A stretch of DNA of 64,000 nucleotides, from contig CAYRJZ010000003.1 in the NCBI GenBank assembly GCA_964424775.1, positions 124,127 through 188,126 of the forward strand. The letters are read 5' to 3'. This document shows positions 27,338-37,612 of the stretch, one piece after another. Below the pieces are notes generated by a model. It had not been told where the DNA came from and did no database searches. It worked only from the letters and a program-made list of their open reading frames with translations. The position numbers and the translations under genes are program-made. Every line of letters begins with the position of its first letter. Position 1 is the first letter of the stretch. The stretch is from an uncultured Gammaproteobacteria bacterium. GTDB taxonomy: Bacteria; Patescibacteriota; Microgenomatia; Levybacterales; UBA12049.

Positions 27338-28864
27338 TTATTTTAATTGTATGGTAATACTCACTGGATTGCCAATCAATTCTGCACAAACATCACCTAA
27401 TATCTTAAATGTTTTTGCTTCTTCAAGTCTTTCTTTATGAAAAGTTGACGCAGCAAGAATTGTGAGAGCTTTTCGATCATATCCAATGATTCGACATGAT
27501 CGAAGAACACCTGCAATCATGTGGTTGTGACTTTTCATCTCAGCAATAATATTTTTCCATAACGTCTCGACCCACTCCTCACTCACATCACCTGTTGCAG
27601 AAAATTTCAGAATACTTACATCTGCTGGATCCCGCCTTACTGTCTCTTCTTTTGTCTCTTTTACTTCCCCAGCAACTGCTCGTTCTTTTGCCATGTTCCC
27701 GAGTTGTTTTCGAAGTGTATTCACTGAAACTTCTTCATTGGTCTGCGTGGCAAATCTTACAACTTCTTTTTGAAGAGATGCATCCTGAGTCGGGGCACCT
27801 CCTTCACACCACGTAATTACAGCAAGTTCAAGTGGAAGAGATGGAACAACAGCTGACTTTGAGTCACTCATCGCTTCGGTCATGAGGGAGAGAAGAGTTC
27901 GTAAATCAGACAAACTCAACGAAGTCGTCGCATTTGACCCTTCAACTCCAACTTTAACGAGCAGTAATTCATGCAGAAATTCAATAAAACTACTTAAAAA
28001 GAACTTACTGTCTATTCCTTGAGACGTTGTCTCTGCTATGACAGATAAAGCTGATTTAACATTCTTCTCTTCAAGTGTTGCTAACAATTTCTTTTTACTT
28101 TGATCGATACTCTCTACATGAAATTTCCCCTCAAGAAATGCCTCATCTATTGTATTTCCTCCGGAGAGAGCAACTAGCTCTTCAAGAATTTTTGTCCCAT
28201 CCCGAAATCCTCCGTCAGCAAGTCTAGCAATTTTTTTCAATATTTTCTCTTCTACCTCTATTCCTTCCCCTTTCATCACTCGTTGAAATGCCCGTACTAG
28301 TTCATCCTCCGTTGCAAGTGTAAAACCGATATGAAAACACCTCGATAGAATAGTGGGAGGAATTTTATGAACCTCAGTTGTACATAACATAAAAACAGCA
28401 TGTTCTGGAGGTTCTTCTAACGTTTTGAGGAGAGCGTTAAATGCTTCAGTTGTGAGCATATGAACTTCATCAATAATGTAAATTTTCTTTTTCGCTTTGA
28501 GTGGAGCAAGACGAATTTTTTCTTTCAGATCACGCATTTCATCAATACCACGATTCGATGCAGCGTCAATCTCAAGAATATCCATATTTGTTCCATTTGT
28601 AATACTCGTGCATTGTTCACAAGAGTTACATGGTTCAATATCTTTCCCTGAGGTATCTTTTCGCCCGGTACAGTTAATAACTTTCGCAACGATTCTGGCT
28701 GTTGATGTTTTACCAAGTCCTTTTGGTCCTGTAAAAAGAAAGGCATGTGGTACGGTAATAAAAGTAGGAGCACTTTTTGAGAGAACAGATGTTAATTTTG
28801 TTCGTATCTCATTGCTATCAAGCTCTCCAATTTTCTGTGGGCGGTACTTTCGATAATAAACCAT
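27338..28864 (-). CDS. dnaX: DNA polymerase III subunit gamma/tau
   Basis: Walker A GPKGLGKTS, zinc module CNSCEQC, and the DEVHML sensor region. Confidence 0.9.
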   Translation of the reverse strand: MVYYRKYRPQKIGELDSNEIRTKLTSVLSKSAPTFITVPHAFLFTGPKGLGKTSTARIVAKVINCTGRKDTSGKDIEPCNSCEQCTSITNGTNMDILEIDAASNRGIDEMRDLKEKIRLAPLKAKKKIYIIDEVHMLTTEAFNALLKTLEEPPEHAVFMLCTTEVHKIPPTILSRCFHIGFTLATEDELVRAFQRVMKGEGIEVEEKILKKIARLADGGFRDGTKILEELVALSGGNTIDEAFLEGKFHVESIDQSKKKLLATLEEKNVKSALSVIAETTSQGIDSKFFLSSFIEFLHELLLVKVGVEGSNATTSLSLSDLRTLLSLMTEAMSDSKSAVVPSLPLELAVITWCEGGAPTQDASLQKEVVRFATQTNEEVSVNTLRKQLGNMAKERAVAGEVKETKEETVRRDPADVSILKFSATGDVSEEWVETLWKNIIAEMKSHNHMIAGVLRSCRIIGYDRKALTILAASTFHKERLEEAKTFKILGDVCAELIGNPVSITIQLK

Positions 28865-28870
28865 GTTAAT

Positions 28871-29257
28871 TTACTGATGATGAATACCTAATAAGTGAGT
28901 GAGTCCATGACGAACGAGCATATCTACTCTATCATCCACCATTTCCTCCTCAAGCGCTGCTTCCCGGATAAGTTCAGGATAGGAAATAACAATATCTCCA
29001 AGTCGTAAGACACTTCCAGGCAAAACTGTCTGCTCTCCTTCCGATAGAGGAAAAGATAAAATATTTGACGTTTTATCTAAGTTTCTAAATTTCTGATTGA
29101 GTGATCTCATTTTCCGATCTCCAACAAAAGCGAGAGACACTTCACACGGACTTGAGATACCATGTTCATCAAGCACAGCGTGAACTGTCTCTTTTATTCG
29201 CTTTCTGTTGACTTTATATCTGCTTTCAACAAAGGTAAGAATTTTGACGGTAGCCAT
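28871..29257 (-). CDS. ybeY: rRNA maturation endoribonuclease YbeY
   Basis: NILSFPL and the H-x3-H-x5-H zinc motif (VRHGLTHLLGIHH). Confidence 0.8.
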   Translation of the reverse strand: MATVKILTFVESRYKVNRKRIKETVHAVLDEHGISSPCEVSLAFVGDRKMRSLNQKFRNLDKTSNILSFPLSEGEQTVLPGSVLRLGDIVISYPELIREAALEEEMVDDRVDMLVRHGLTHLLGIHHQ

Positions 29258-29260
29258 TTA

Positions 29261-29443
29261 TTACACGACCTTTCGTCGATTGCGGCGGCTTTCCTCCTGC
29301 TTCAACTTTTTAGCAAGAGATGGTTTGAGATAAAATTGTCGCCTTTTCGCCTCATTCACAATTCCCGCGTCAATTACTTTACGAGAGAACTTTCGAATGA
29401 TTACGTCATCACTATCACCTGGTTGTTTTTTAACATATACCAT
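29261..29443 (-). CDS. rpsU: 30S ribosomal protein S21
   Basis: 60-aa basic protein. VIIRKFSRKV...EAKRRQFYLKPS matches the S21 pattern. Confidence 0.75.
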   Translation of the reverse strand: MVYVKKQPGDSDDVIIRKFSRKVIDAGIVNEAKRRQFYLKPSLAKKLKQEESRRNRRKVV

Positions 29444-29559
29444 AAAAAAACACCTCCTTCACAATAAATTCCAAAAGAATTTATCTGGTCCACGCAATTT
29501 TCAACGTGGTAGTCTCCTATTTTACCGCAAATAATATGAGATGTAAACGTGAAGAGTAC

Positions 29560-29883
29560 TTATTCAGTACTAGTTATTGGACCCATGATGTGAATGTGAA
29601 GATGGTTAACTTCTTGTGCTCCACCACCATTCATGACAATTTTATACCCTTTATCCTGAAGTTCTTTCTCCCCTATAATTTTTTTAACAACTGAAAAAAG
29701 GTGTTTATATACATCAGGATCTTCAACCGCGATAAATTCCTGAATGTGATCTCTTGGAATGACCAAGACATGAACTGGTTTCATGGGATGAATATCATGA
29801 AATGCAACTACCTTATCATCCTCATAGATAAAGTTGGTCGGTATTTCTTTTTTAACTAATTTGCAAAATAAACAATTTTCCAT
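29560..29883 (-). CDS. HIT-family (HINT) nucleotide hydrolase
   Basis: Histidine triad HLHIHIM near the C-terminus. Confidence 0.85.
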   Translation of the reverse strand: MENCLFCKLVKKEIPTNFIYEDDKVVAFHDIHPMKPVHVLVIPRDHIQEFIAVEDPDVYKHLFSVVKKIIGEKELQDKGYKIVMNGGGAQEVNHLHIHIMGPITSTE

Positions 29884-29884
29884 A

Positions 29885-30796
29885 TCAGTAAATACTTTTT
29901 ATAACATCAATGAGCTGTTCAAGACTTAATTTTGATGGGATCATTTTAGGATTTTTTGGTGTACCATTCAATAACATTTTTTTAGAAACATGTAAGAACC
30001 ATGTTGCATCAGGATCAATCTTCTTCAATTTTTCCGATGCCAATGTTAAGTCAATATCATCTTTTTCACTAGACGCAGGTCTTACCTTTATGCGAACATA
30101 ACCCTTTCGTGGATCTTTACGAATCACCAATGTATAACCCATCTTTTGAGATAATTTAATAACAGTATCATTCACCGTCTCAAATCCAATTGCTTTCAGT
30201 CCCGATTTGAGCGCGAACTCAATTCCTTTCTCATTAATTTCTTTTTCTGCCCAAATTCGATTTTCAAATTCGTGTGTAAGACTATCAAGAGCCTGAATCC
30301 CAAAATCAACATATAACTGATCCTGATCTGGACTGGCAAACTTTAATCCATCGAGTACACCAAGAAGTGAGAATTCATGATAATCAGCTGTTGGATTCTC
30401 CCAAAAAACCTCACGGAAGTGATCAATTTGTACGATTATTTTAACAATTCGATCAACAGCCTCCTCATGCTCTGGAGTTAATTTATCACCTGCATCACTC
30501 AGTATCTTTTTAACATAATCCCACACGAGAGACGTTCCGCATACAGATTTATCAGACGTCTGATGATGATCAAGTGGCAGAAGTCCAGTATCAACATGAA
30601 TTATTTCTTCCTCACCCACCTTTACTATTGGATCAGTATCGGAAATTTCTTTGACATTTTTTACAAGTGGACTTCTCTGTCCTGCTGGAACAAACTGAAC
30701 AAGTGCCTCCTGCCACCCAGGAAGAAACTTCTTCAGTAGCCACGTCCCACCAATTGCATCCCAGTCGGGTGAAGTATGTGTAACAATAATTTTCAT
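29885..30796 (-). CDS. DHH-family phosphoesterase (NrnA-like nanoRNase/pAp phosphatase)
   Basis: N-terminal HTSPDWDAIGG motif and DHH motif (LPLDHHQ). Confidence 0.7.
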   Translation of the reverse strand: MKIIVTHTSPDWDAIGGTWLLKKFLPGWQEALVQFVPAGQRSPLVKNVKEISDTDPIVKVGEEEIIHVDTGLLPLDHHQTSDKSVCGTSLVWDYVKKILSDAGDKLTPEHEEAVDRIVKIIVQIDHFREVFWENPTADYHEFSLLGVLDGLKFASPDQDQLYVDFGIQALDSLTHEFENRIWAEKEINEKGIEFALKSGLKAIGFETVNDTVIKLSQKMGYTLVIRKDPRKGYVRIKVRPASSEKDDIDLTLASEKLKKIDPDATWFLHVSKKMLLNGTPKNPKMIPSKLSLEQLIDVIKSIY

Positions 30797-30835
30797 TGGT
30801 GAAAGTATAGCTAAGTATTGTGCTGAAGGAAAGTA

Positions 30836-32092
30836 TTAACTTTTGGAACTAAGAATATATGGCCGAGCTTTACCATCCTTTGGACGTCCCCCACCATTTA
30901 TTTCCAGTCCAAACTTACTTAATTTAACTTTTTGCTGTGAAACTGCGACTGAAACTAAGATTCTATCACCTGGTGTGTCCTCTTTACCAACAACTCTTAA
31001 TAATTCATCAAGTGTAAGACCTTCTGAGCTATCTATTAATGCTTCAACAATTTTTTTTGCTATACTTTCTCCTCGATACGTTTTTAATACTTCATCTTTA
31101 TTTATGACTGGTTGTATTTTTTTTGGTTTTTCTTTCACAATTTTCTTCTCTACTGTAATAGGACGATGTCTAAGCTCACGAGGCACTTCTCCACCTGTTA
31201 TTATACTTCTCTGAATTACTTGTCTGTCAGAAGCAGTAATAGACCTTACTCCAACAACGATATTTCTTTTTTCTGGATTTAGAAATTGCCCTTCTAGCTG
31301 AGTAGCAACAGGAGTTGAGATAGCTAACATATCCTTTTGAGACATATCTTCATTCATTGGTTGAAGCGAGAACGACTGTTCTCCACATTCATTGCTGACA
31401 ACGAGCTGCCATCCCATCTCACGCGCTAATACTCCCATATTTATCCGGAATTGAAGAACATCGCGTGAAGTCTCGATATCAGGACAATATGATTGAAGGT
31501 GTGTTAAGGAAAGGCTTTGCTCTACCATTGCCTCTGCAAGACTTTTATAATTCGCTGAAAAACGCCCGTAATTTCCTACAGTGTTGAATTTCGCTCGAAA
31601 ATCTTCACTAAATCTTTTCCTTAATGCAGAATCTTGTTGCACTTGAACTGGAGCTTGTCTATCATGAACATTGTTAATTTTATACCCTTGTTTTATTCTT
31701 GCCAGTACATCAGGATCTTCTATTTCCTCATCGTCACTTCCATAGACTGCGAGCCAATATGAAGGACCTTGTCCATAATTTTCAGTATTTGGGGTTTTAC
31801 GGATATTAAAAACTGAAGGATTGAGCAGGCTTCTCAACTGTTCATTTCTTTGACGAAGAACTGTTAATCCCTGTATATTGTCTCTCAAACTTAATTCTGC
31901 AAGCAATTCAATTTGCCGTAATGGTTCATCACAAAGGTTATCAACAAAAATATCAAGAAGTGCAGCAATTTTCGTGTCCAATTCTTCTCTTTGAGGAAAG
32001 GCAGCAATAATTTCACTAATAATCTGTTCCTCAACTTCACCAGAGTGATGGAAGTCGACACCAGTTGAACTTCTTTCAATAGATATTGCCAT
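30836..32092 (-). CDS. hypothetical protein (418 aa)
   Basis: Long ORF with no recognisable motif. Same strand as neighbours. Confidence 0.45.
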   Translation of the reverse strand: MAISIERSSTGVDFHHSGEVEEQIISEIIAAFPQREELDTKIAALLDIFVDNLCDEPLRQIELLAELSLRDNIQGLTVLRQRNEQLRSLLNPSVFNIRKTPNTENYGQGPSYWLAVYGSDDEEIEDPDVLARIKQGYKINNVHDRQAPVQVQQDSALRKRFSEDFRAKFNTVGNYGRFSANYKSLAEAMVEQSLSLTHLQSYCPDIETSRDVLQFRINMGVLAREMGWQLVVSNECGEQSFSLQPMNEDMSQKDMLAISTPVATQLEGQFLNPEKRNIVVGVRSITASDRQVIQRSIITGGEVPRELRHRPITVEKKIVKEKPKKIQPVINKDEVLKTYRGESIAKKIVEALIDSSEGLTLDELLRVVGKEDTPGDRILVSVAVSQQKVKLSKFGLEINGGGRPKDGKARPYILSSKS

Positions 32093-32168
32093 ATAAGAGT
32101 GAGATTATAGCGAATATAAACTCATCAGTAAAGCTATAGGATGATTGACAAAATAAGAGAGATGCAAG

Positions 32169-32681
32169 ATGATTAATGTAAGTATTCATATGGATCCTAA
32201 GACTGCCCAGAATTTAGACCCAAAACTCCGAGAGGTTTATGAACGTGTGATGGGAACATCTGCTTCACCAAAACCAGCTCCCGCTTCTCCTATGCCCTCA
32301 CAATCCCTCACCCCACCTCAGGATACAATGGCAAAATTAAGTTCATCTCCATTACCTTCGTCACTTAACTCTCAAGTGCCTAAATCTGCAGTAGACTATA
32401 CAGCGCTTAGTACCAAACCACTCGCCTCTACACCTGTCTCACCAACTGTTGCTGCTCCAACAACTGGGTATGTTGCACCTCAAACAAAAACTCCTCCACC
32501 TACTGTAGGTGTCGTAAATAACTCAACTGATATCTCGAAAAAATCTGAAAATACTGAAAAAAAAGGGTCTTTAGGAAAAAAGCTTCTCCTTTTCATCGGA
32601 ATTCCTCTATTTATTCTTATCTATACTGCAATCTGGATAGTGGTCTTTGGAGTTGAGTTGCCTTTCGCTCTTCCTCTTTAA
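32169..32681 (+). CDS. hypothetical Pro/Ser-rich protein with C-terminal TM helix
   Basis: Low-complexity P/S/T region and the hydrophobic tail LLLFIGIPLFILIYTAIWIVVFGV. Confidence 0.35.
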   Translation: MINVSIHMDPKTAQNLDPKLREVYERVMGTSASPKPAPASPMPSQSLTPPQDTMAKLSSSPLPSSLNSQVPKSAVDYTALSTKPLASTPVSPTVAAPTTGYVAPQTKTPPPTVGVVNNSTDISKKSENTEKKGSLGKKLLLFIGIPLFILIYTAIWIVVFGVELPFALPL

Positions 32682-33883
32682 CTATTTAATTTCTGGAGAA
32701 CTTCATCAATTGTTAATATTTCAACTGTATCACTCTTTCGCTCTTTCCACTCAATTTTTTCTTCTGTTTTGTTACTAACGACTAGTCGGACCGGAATACC
32801 AAGAAGATCTGCATCGGCAAATTTTGCTCCTGCACCAACGTCTTTTCTCTCATCAAAAAGTACTTCGATATTATTTTCAATTAACTTCTTATAGACTTCA
32901 TCAGCTTTATCATTGAGTCCAATCAAATGGACCTGGAAAGGTGCAACACTCTGAGGCCAGACTATCCCTTTGTCGTCATGGAAAATTTCAACAATTGTTC
33001 CCATGACTCGGGTTGGACCAATGCCATAACTTGCAAACCACACTGGTTTACGTGTTCCATCCTGATCGGTAAAAAGTGCCTGCATTTTTTCAGCATACAT
33101 TGTCCCAAGTGGAAAGATGTTTCCCACCTCAATTGAAGTTGCACTTTGTACGTCAGGATCATTCAGCTCTTCATCGTTCATCACTTCTTTATTCTTCCAG
33201 TACTTCCAGCCTTCTTTGAAATAAATAGTATCCTCACCAACTTCTGAAAGAGCCTGAAATTCATGCGTATGAGATTTGGTAAAAACACCTCCACTTGCCT
33301 CTGTGATTTTGACATTGAGTCCAATTCTTTCAAATACTCTCATATATGCATCTGCTACCTCCCAGTAATACTTCATCAAATCTTCCTCAGATGTGTGAGC
33401 ACTATAGAGATCCTTCATCATAAACTCACGACCCCTCAAAATTCCTGATTTTGCACGTAGTTCATTTCTGAATTTTGTTGAAAAATGATAAACCTTAACA
33501 GGGAGATCTTTATATGAGTTAATATGTTTTCGAATAAGATCCATAACTATTTCTTCATGTGTAAAAGAGAGTGCATACTCTTTGTCATTTTTCTCAAATT
33601 GATACATTACTTCTTTTGCACTATCCCAACGACCTGTTTCATTCCATATCTCTTTTGGATGAAGAAGAGGCATAAGGAGTTCTTGTGCCCCCGTTTTGTT
33701 CATTTCCTCACGAATAATTCCGTTAATTTTTTGCACAACACGCATACCTAAAGGAAGGAGTGTGTATGAGCCAGCCATTAGCTTGTCTATAAAACCACCA
33801 CGAATAAGATACTGTGCATTCACTGCAACTTCATCTTTTGGAGCTTCTTTCAGAGTTGATGGAAAGAATTGAGAATATAGCAT
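32678..33883 (-). CDS. proS: prolyl-tRNA synthetase (bacterial-type lacking editing insertion)
   Basis: Start moved to MLYSQFFPSTLKEAP, which aligns to E. coli ProS MRTSQYLLSTLKETP. Class II motifs (LPLGMRV, FRNELRAKSGILRGREFMMKD) and a C-terminal anticodon-binding domain. Confidence 0.88.
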   Translation of the reverse strand: MLYSQFFPSTLKEAPKDEVAVNAQYLIRGGFIDKLMAGSYTLLPLGMRVVQKINGIIREEMNKTGAQELLMPLLHPKEIWNETGRWDSAKEVMYQFEKNDKEYALSFTHEEIVMDLIRKHINSYKDLPVKVYHFSTKFRNELRAKSGILRGREFMMKDLYSAHTSEEDLMKYYWEVADAYMRVFERIGLNVKITEASGGVFTKSHTHEFQALSEVGEDTIYFKEGWKYWKNKEVMNDEELNDPDVQSATSIEVGNIFPLGTMYAEKMQALFTDQDGTRKPVWFASYGIGPTRVMGTIVEIFHDDKGIVWPQSVAPFQVHLIGLNDKADEVYKKLIENNIEVLFDERKDVGAGAKFADADLLGIPVRLVVSNKTEEKIEWKERKSDTVEILTIDEVLQKLNS

Positions 33884-33918
33884 AACTTGCAGTAGTATAT
33901 CATGATTTTCAGGCTCTT

Positions 33919-34239
33919 GTGTATAATATGCAAATGTCTGAGAGAACGAGGCCACCATTAAAATTTGAATTTGGAAGTGATAATAAAGTGAGACGACTGC
34001 TCATTCATCCAACGTGTCATCCTGATCAAGCAAGAGAAATTCTCGAATACCAACTTCCTCGAGATACACAGCCGCAAAAAGCAAACAGACGAATTAGCAT
34101 TGTCGGCAGATACTCATCTGAACATTACCAGCCATATAGGATAAAAGAAATTATTAAAACTCCTGATGATAAGAAGAAGCTTTTGCGAAGTTGGGAGAGA
34201 AAAAGAAAGAGGAATGTGATTGTAATCGAAGAAGAATAA
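33919..34239 (+). CDS. hypothetical basic protein
   Basis: 106-aa ORF on the opposite strand from its neighbours. No motif recognised. Confidence 0.3.
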   Translation: MYNMQMSERTRPPLKFEFGSDNKVRRLLIHPTCHPDQAREILEYQLPRDTQPQKANRRISIVGRYSSEHYQPYRIKEIIKTPDDKKKLLRSWERKRKRNVIVIEEE

Positions 34240-34242
34240 ACA

Positions 34243-35178
34243 TTATTTCTTCTCCACTTTATGACCGCCAAATTCATGCCGAAGTGCCGCCACCATCCGA
34301 GCTGCAAAGGATTCACGAACTTTACTATCTGTTTTTGAACGGTGTCTAAAGTCTAGTGATTGATCAATGTTTTCAGCAAATACACCTTCTTCTTTCGCTT
34401 GATTAACAGTCCACTCAGCTTCTCCTGTTGCATCAATGACACCATCCAATTCAGATAAAGTTGGATCTTTTTCTAAGGCATTTTTCGCACACTCCATAAG
34501 AAAACTTGTCACAATTGTTCCTCTCTGCCATAACTTCGCTGTTTGCAAAAGATCTAAATCATAAGGAGATTTTTCTAAAACGCCAAACCCTTCCCCGATC
34601 GCCTGCATCATTCCATACTCAATACCGTTATGTACCATTTTCACAAAATGACCTGCACCACCTTCTCCAAAATACTCATATCCACCGTTTGGTAGTATTA
34701 ATGTCTCAAGAAGTGGCTTAATTTCATCAAATGCAGACTTTTCTCCTCCAATCATGAGTGGATACCCATTTTCTGCTGCTATTACCCCCCCACTCACACC
34801 TATTCCCAAGAATCTTATGCCTTTTTCCCTCAGCTCTTCAAAACGTCTCTGTGTATCTTTATAAAAAGCATTTCCTCCATCAATAACAATGTCACCTTTC
34901 TCAACATAAGAGACAACTTCATCAAGTACACCTTGCGTTGCTTCACCTGCAGGAAGCATGAGCCAAATTATTCGTGGTGACGTAAGTCCTTTTACAATAC
35001 TTTGAATATCATTTGCTGAAATAAATGAGTCCTGAAGATTTTGATCTGCTAAATGTAATTTAAACTGTTCTAATACATCAGCTGATCGATTCCATCCAAC
35101 AACTGTATGGCCTCCTGAAAGAAGTTTTTCTACCATGCGGGTACCCATCTTCCCAAGTCCGATAAATCCTATTTGCAT
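34243..35178 (-). CDS. gnd: 6-phosphogluconate dehydrogenase (decarboxylating), short Gnd/YqeC-like form
   Basis: Start moved to MQIGFIGLGKMG (Rossmann GxGxxG). C-terminal domain of 6PGDH type. Confidence 0.8.
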   Translation of the reverse strand: MQIGFIGLGKMGTRMVEKLLSGGHTVVGWNRSADVLEQFKLHLADQNLQDSFISANDIQSIVKGLTSPRIIWLMLPAGEATQGVLDEVVSYVEKGDIVIDGGNAFYKDTQRRFEELREKGIRFLGIGVSGGVIAAENGYPLMIGGEKSAFDEIKPLLETLILPNGGYEYFGEGGAGHFVKMVHNGIEYGMMQAIGEGFGVLEKSPYDLDLLQTAKLWQRGTIVTSFLMECAKNALEKDPTLSELDGVIDATGEAEWTVNQAKEEGVFAENIDQSLDFRHRSKTDSKVRESFAARMVAALRHEFGGHKVEKK

Positions 35179-35182
35179 ATAT

Positions 35183-36607
35183 TTAAAGCCACTTCCTCCC
35201 ATCTCGCTCTATGAGTTCGTTTGCGCCGTCTGGCCCCATACTTCCATCCTCATATACATATAATTCAGGCTGGAATTTCTCCCACCCTTCCAAAATATCA
35301 GTCATAAACTCCCATGAACTAGATAACTCGTCTGATCTGTTAAAAAGTGTCTGGTCAGATGCAAAAATATCTAACAATAATTTTTGATACGCATCTGTCC
35401 CTTTTACTCCAAAATCAGAGTCATAGGAAAATTTCATATTGACCTCACCTAGTGCCACTCTCGTTCCCGGTTTTTTTGCAATTACTCTCATACTAATTCC
35501 CTCATCAGGTTGAATTCTAATAGTCAGGACATTTCCAATTTCTGGACATCCATACTCCTTAAAGAGGATATGACATGTTTGTCGAAAAACAAGTGATATT
35601 TCTACCACATCCTTTTTCATTTTTTTCCCTGCCCGGGCATAAATTGGAACACCCTTAAAACGTGGAGTATTCAGGAAAAATTTCATAGCAACATATGTCT
35701 CAGTCTGTGAATCTGGTGCAATGTCTTCTTCATTTTTATATGAAGCATACTGCCCACGTACCACATTTTTTTCAACTTCAGAAGGTGTAATTTTCTGCAA
35801 TGATTTTATTGCGTTTGCACGCGCATCACGAACATCTTCCTTCATAAAAGATTTTGGCTGCTCCATTGTCACTGCTGCTATGAGTTGTAATAAATGATTT
35901 TGCGCAACATCTCGAAGATTGCCAACACCATCAAAAAATTTTCCTCTTTTTGTGATGCCGTTTTTTTCACTCACCGTTACTTGAATATGATCAACGTACT
36001 CTTTATTCCAAACAGGCTCAAAAATTGAATTTGCGAAACGAAACGCAATCATATTCTGAACAGTATCTTTTCCTAAATAATGATCAACTCTAAATATCTG
36101 TTTTTCATCAAAAATTGTATCGAGTTTAGCATCTAGCTGTCGTGCTGTTTCAAGATCTCTTCCAAATGGTTTTTCAATAATAATTTTTGTCCACTTATTG
36201 CTTCCTTGGCCACATCCCTCGGAAAGCTTTGTCGTGTGGAGATGTTCCAAAATTGGTTCATAATTACTAGGAGGTGTAGCCAAGTAAAAAAGTCTTGTAA
36301 CACACGCTCCCATTTGTTCATCAATTTTTTCAAGTCTTTTTATCAGGGACAAATATCCTTCTTGATTTTGAAAATCACCCTGTTGATAATAAAGATGCCG
36401 ACTAAATTCCTCCCATTTCGCATCCTGAACTAAGTTATCAAAATGAACTCGTAAGTTTTCATCACGTAGTTTTCTTCGTGCAAAACCGAAAACAAAAAAA
36501 TCACTAGGAAGTAATCCTTCTTTAAAAAGTGAAAAAAGAGCAGGAATTAATTTATAGTGTGCGAGATCACCTGTTACCCCAAAGATGACCATGACAAATG
36601 GAGACAT
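35183..36607 (-). CDS. zwf: glucose-6-phosphate 1-dehydrogenase
   Basis: GVTGDLA NADP-binding motif and the signature RVDHYLGK. Confidence 0.9.
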   Translation of the reverse strand: MSPFVMVIFGVTGDLAHYKLIPALFSLFKEGLLPSDFFVFGFARRKLRDENLRVHFDNLVQDAKWEEFSRHLYYQQGDFQNQEGYLSLIKRLEKIDEQMGACVTRLFYLATPPSNYEPILEHLHTTKLSEGCGQGSNKWTKIIIEKPFGRDLETARQLDAKLDTIFDEKQIFRVDHYLGKDTVQNMIAFRFANSIFEPVWNKEYVDHIQVTVSEKNGITKRGKFFDGVGNLRDVAQNHLLQLIAAVTMEQPKSFMKEDVRDARANAIKSLQKITPSEVEKNVVRGQYASYKNEEDIAPDSQTETYVAMKFFLNTPRFKGVPIYARAGKKMKKDVVEISLVFRQTCHILFKEYGCPEIGNVLTIRIQPDEGISMRVIAKKPGTRVALGEVNMKFSYDSDFGVKGTDAYQKLLLDIFASDQTLFNRSDELSSSWEFMTDILEGWEKFQPELYVYEDGSMGPDGANELIERDGRKWL

Positions 36608-36773
36608 AAAACACATTATACAAACTCAGGTTTGAATAACAAGAGGTTACTTCGTCGTAAGTAGCAAATAGAAATACGATAAAACAATCAGAACTATAAT
36701 TATGAGAAGAATTATTGCTAATTTACCTTTTGAGTATCCCAACAGTTGCAGTAATGCTTCAACAGGATGCATA

Positions 36774-37565
36774 TCAAATCTTTTGATCTGTAATAATAAT
36801 TGTTCGTCTTGCAATTTCGGGTCTTTTGAAAAATCTGCCTGGCACTTCTTCTTCAGGACCATCTTGAAAAACCTGTTCGAGTGCAAATTTCTTATCTTCA
36901 CCAAAAACGAGGACAACAAAAAGATCTAACATTGAAAGCCCCATGAATGTCATCGTTATCCGTTCTTTAAATGGACCTTTCAAGTCACTAAAAGCTCCAA
37001 CGAGTGCACCTGGATCATTTGACGTAAAGAGTGGATTTTGGAATGCTTCAATTGTACTTGCCTGTGATTCTTTTCTATTCCCTGCAATACCTGCTGTGTG
37101 TCCATCAAGTCCAATTCCAAGTATCCCAATACTCTTTGGAAATCCCGCAAAAAGATATCTTAATGTCATATCATAATTCTTTGCTGTTCCAGCCAAGTCT
37201 TGTTGTTCTTCAAGAAGGATTGGATAGAAAGGAACACCTTTCTCAGTTAACATAGGGAGAAGCCCTGTGTCACGAATCATTTTTTCATTGCTTGTATTAT
37301 GAAATTTACTTCCGTATCTTTCATCAATTAATGCCAACGCACCAGGAAAAAGTTTTTTATCTATTGCGAGGTTTTCATAGAGATCCTTAGGAGTTCTTCC
37401 ACCGGAAAGATAGAGAACACTCTTTCGATCTGCCAATGGAATGAGTATTTCTTTTGCAATTTTAAATCCTTCATACATGAGTGGGACACGACATACAGTA
37501 ATTCCTTCTCTATCAACTGTCTGAATATTATGTGTTAAAAGGATATTTTTAACTTCACTAACCAT
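36774..37565 (-). CDS. pgl: 6-phosphogluconolactonase (NagB/Pgl family)
   Basis: LSGGRTP motif. Positioned with zwf and gnd. Confidence 0.78.
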   Translation of the reverse strand: MVSEVKNILLTHNIQTVDREGITVCRVPLMYEGFKIAKEILIPLADRKSVLYLSGGRTPKDLYENLAIDKKLFPGALALIDERYGSKFHNTSNEKMIRDTGLLPMLTEKGVPFYPILLEEQQDLAGTAKNYDMTLRYLFAGFPKSIGILGIGLDGHTAGIAGNRKESQASTIEAFQNPLFTSNDPGALVGAFSDLKGPFKERITMTFMGLSMLDLFVVLVFGEDKKFALEQVFQDGPEEEVPGRFFKRPEIARRTIIITDQKI

Positions 37566-37612
37566 ACGCTTTCCTGTATATCATATTTTGATGGGTTTAA
37601 CTAGCGAGAAAA

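Noticed and set aside
36647-36919. 90-aa minus-strand ORF overlapping the 3' end of pgl
   Set aside because: It overlaps pgl in another frame. Only a 41-aa hydrophobic tail (from ATG 36772) lies outside pgl. No support beyond ORF length.
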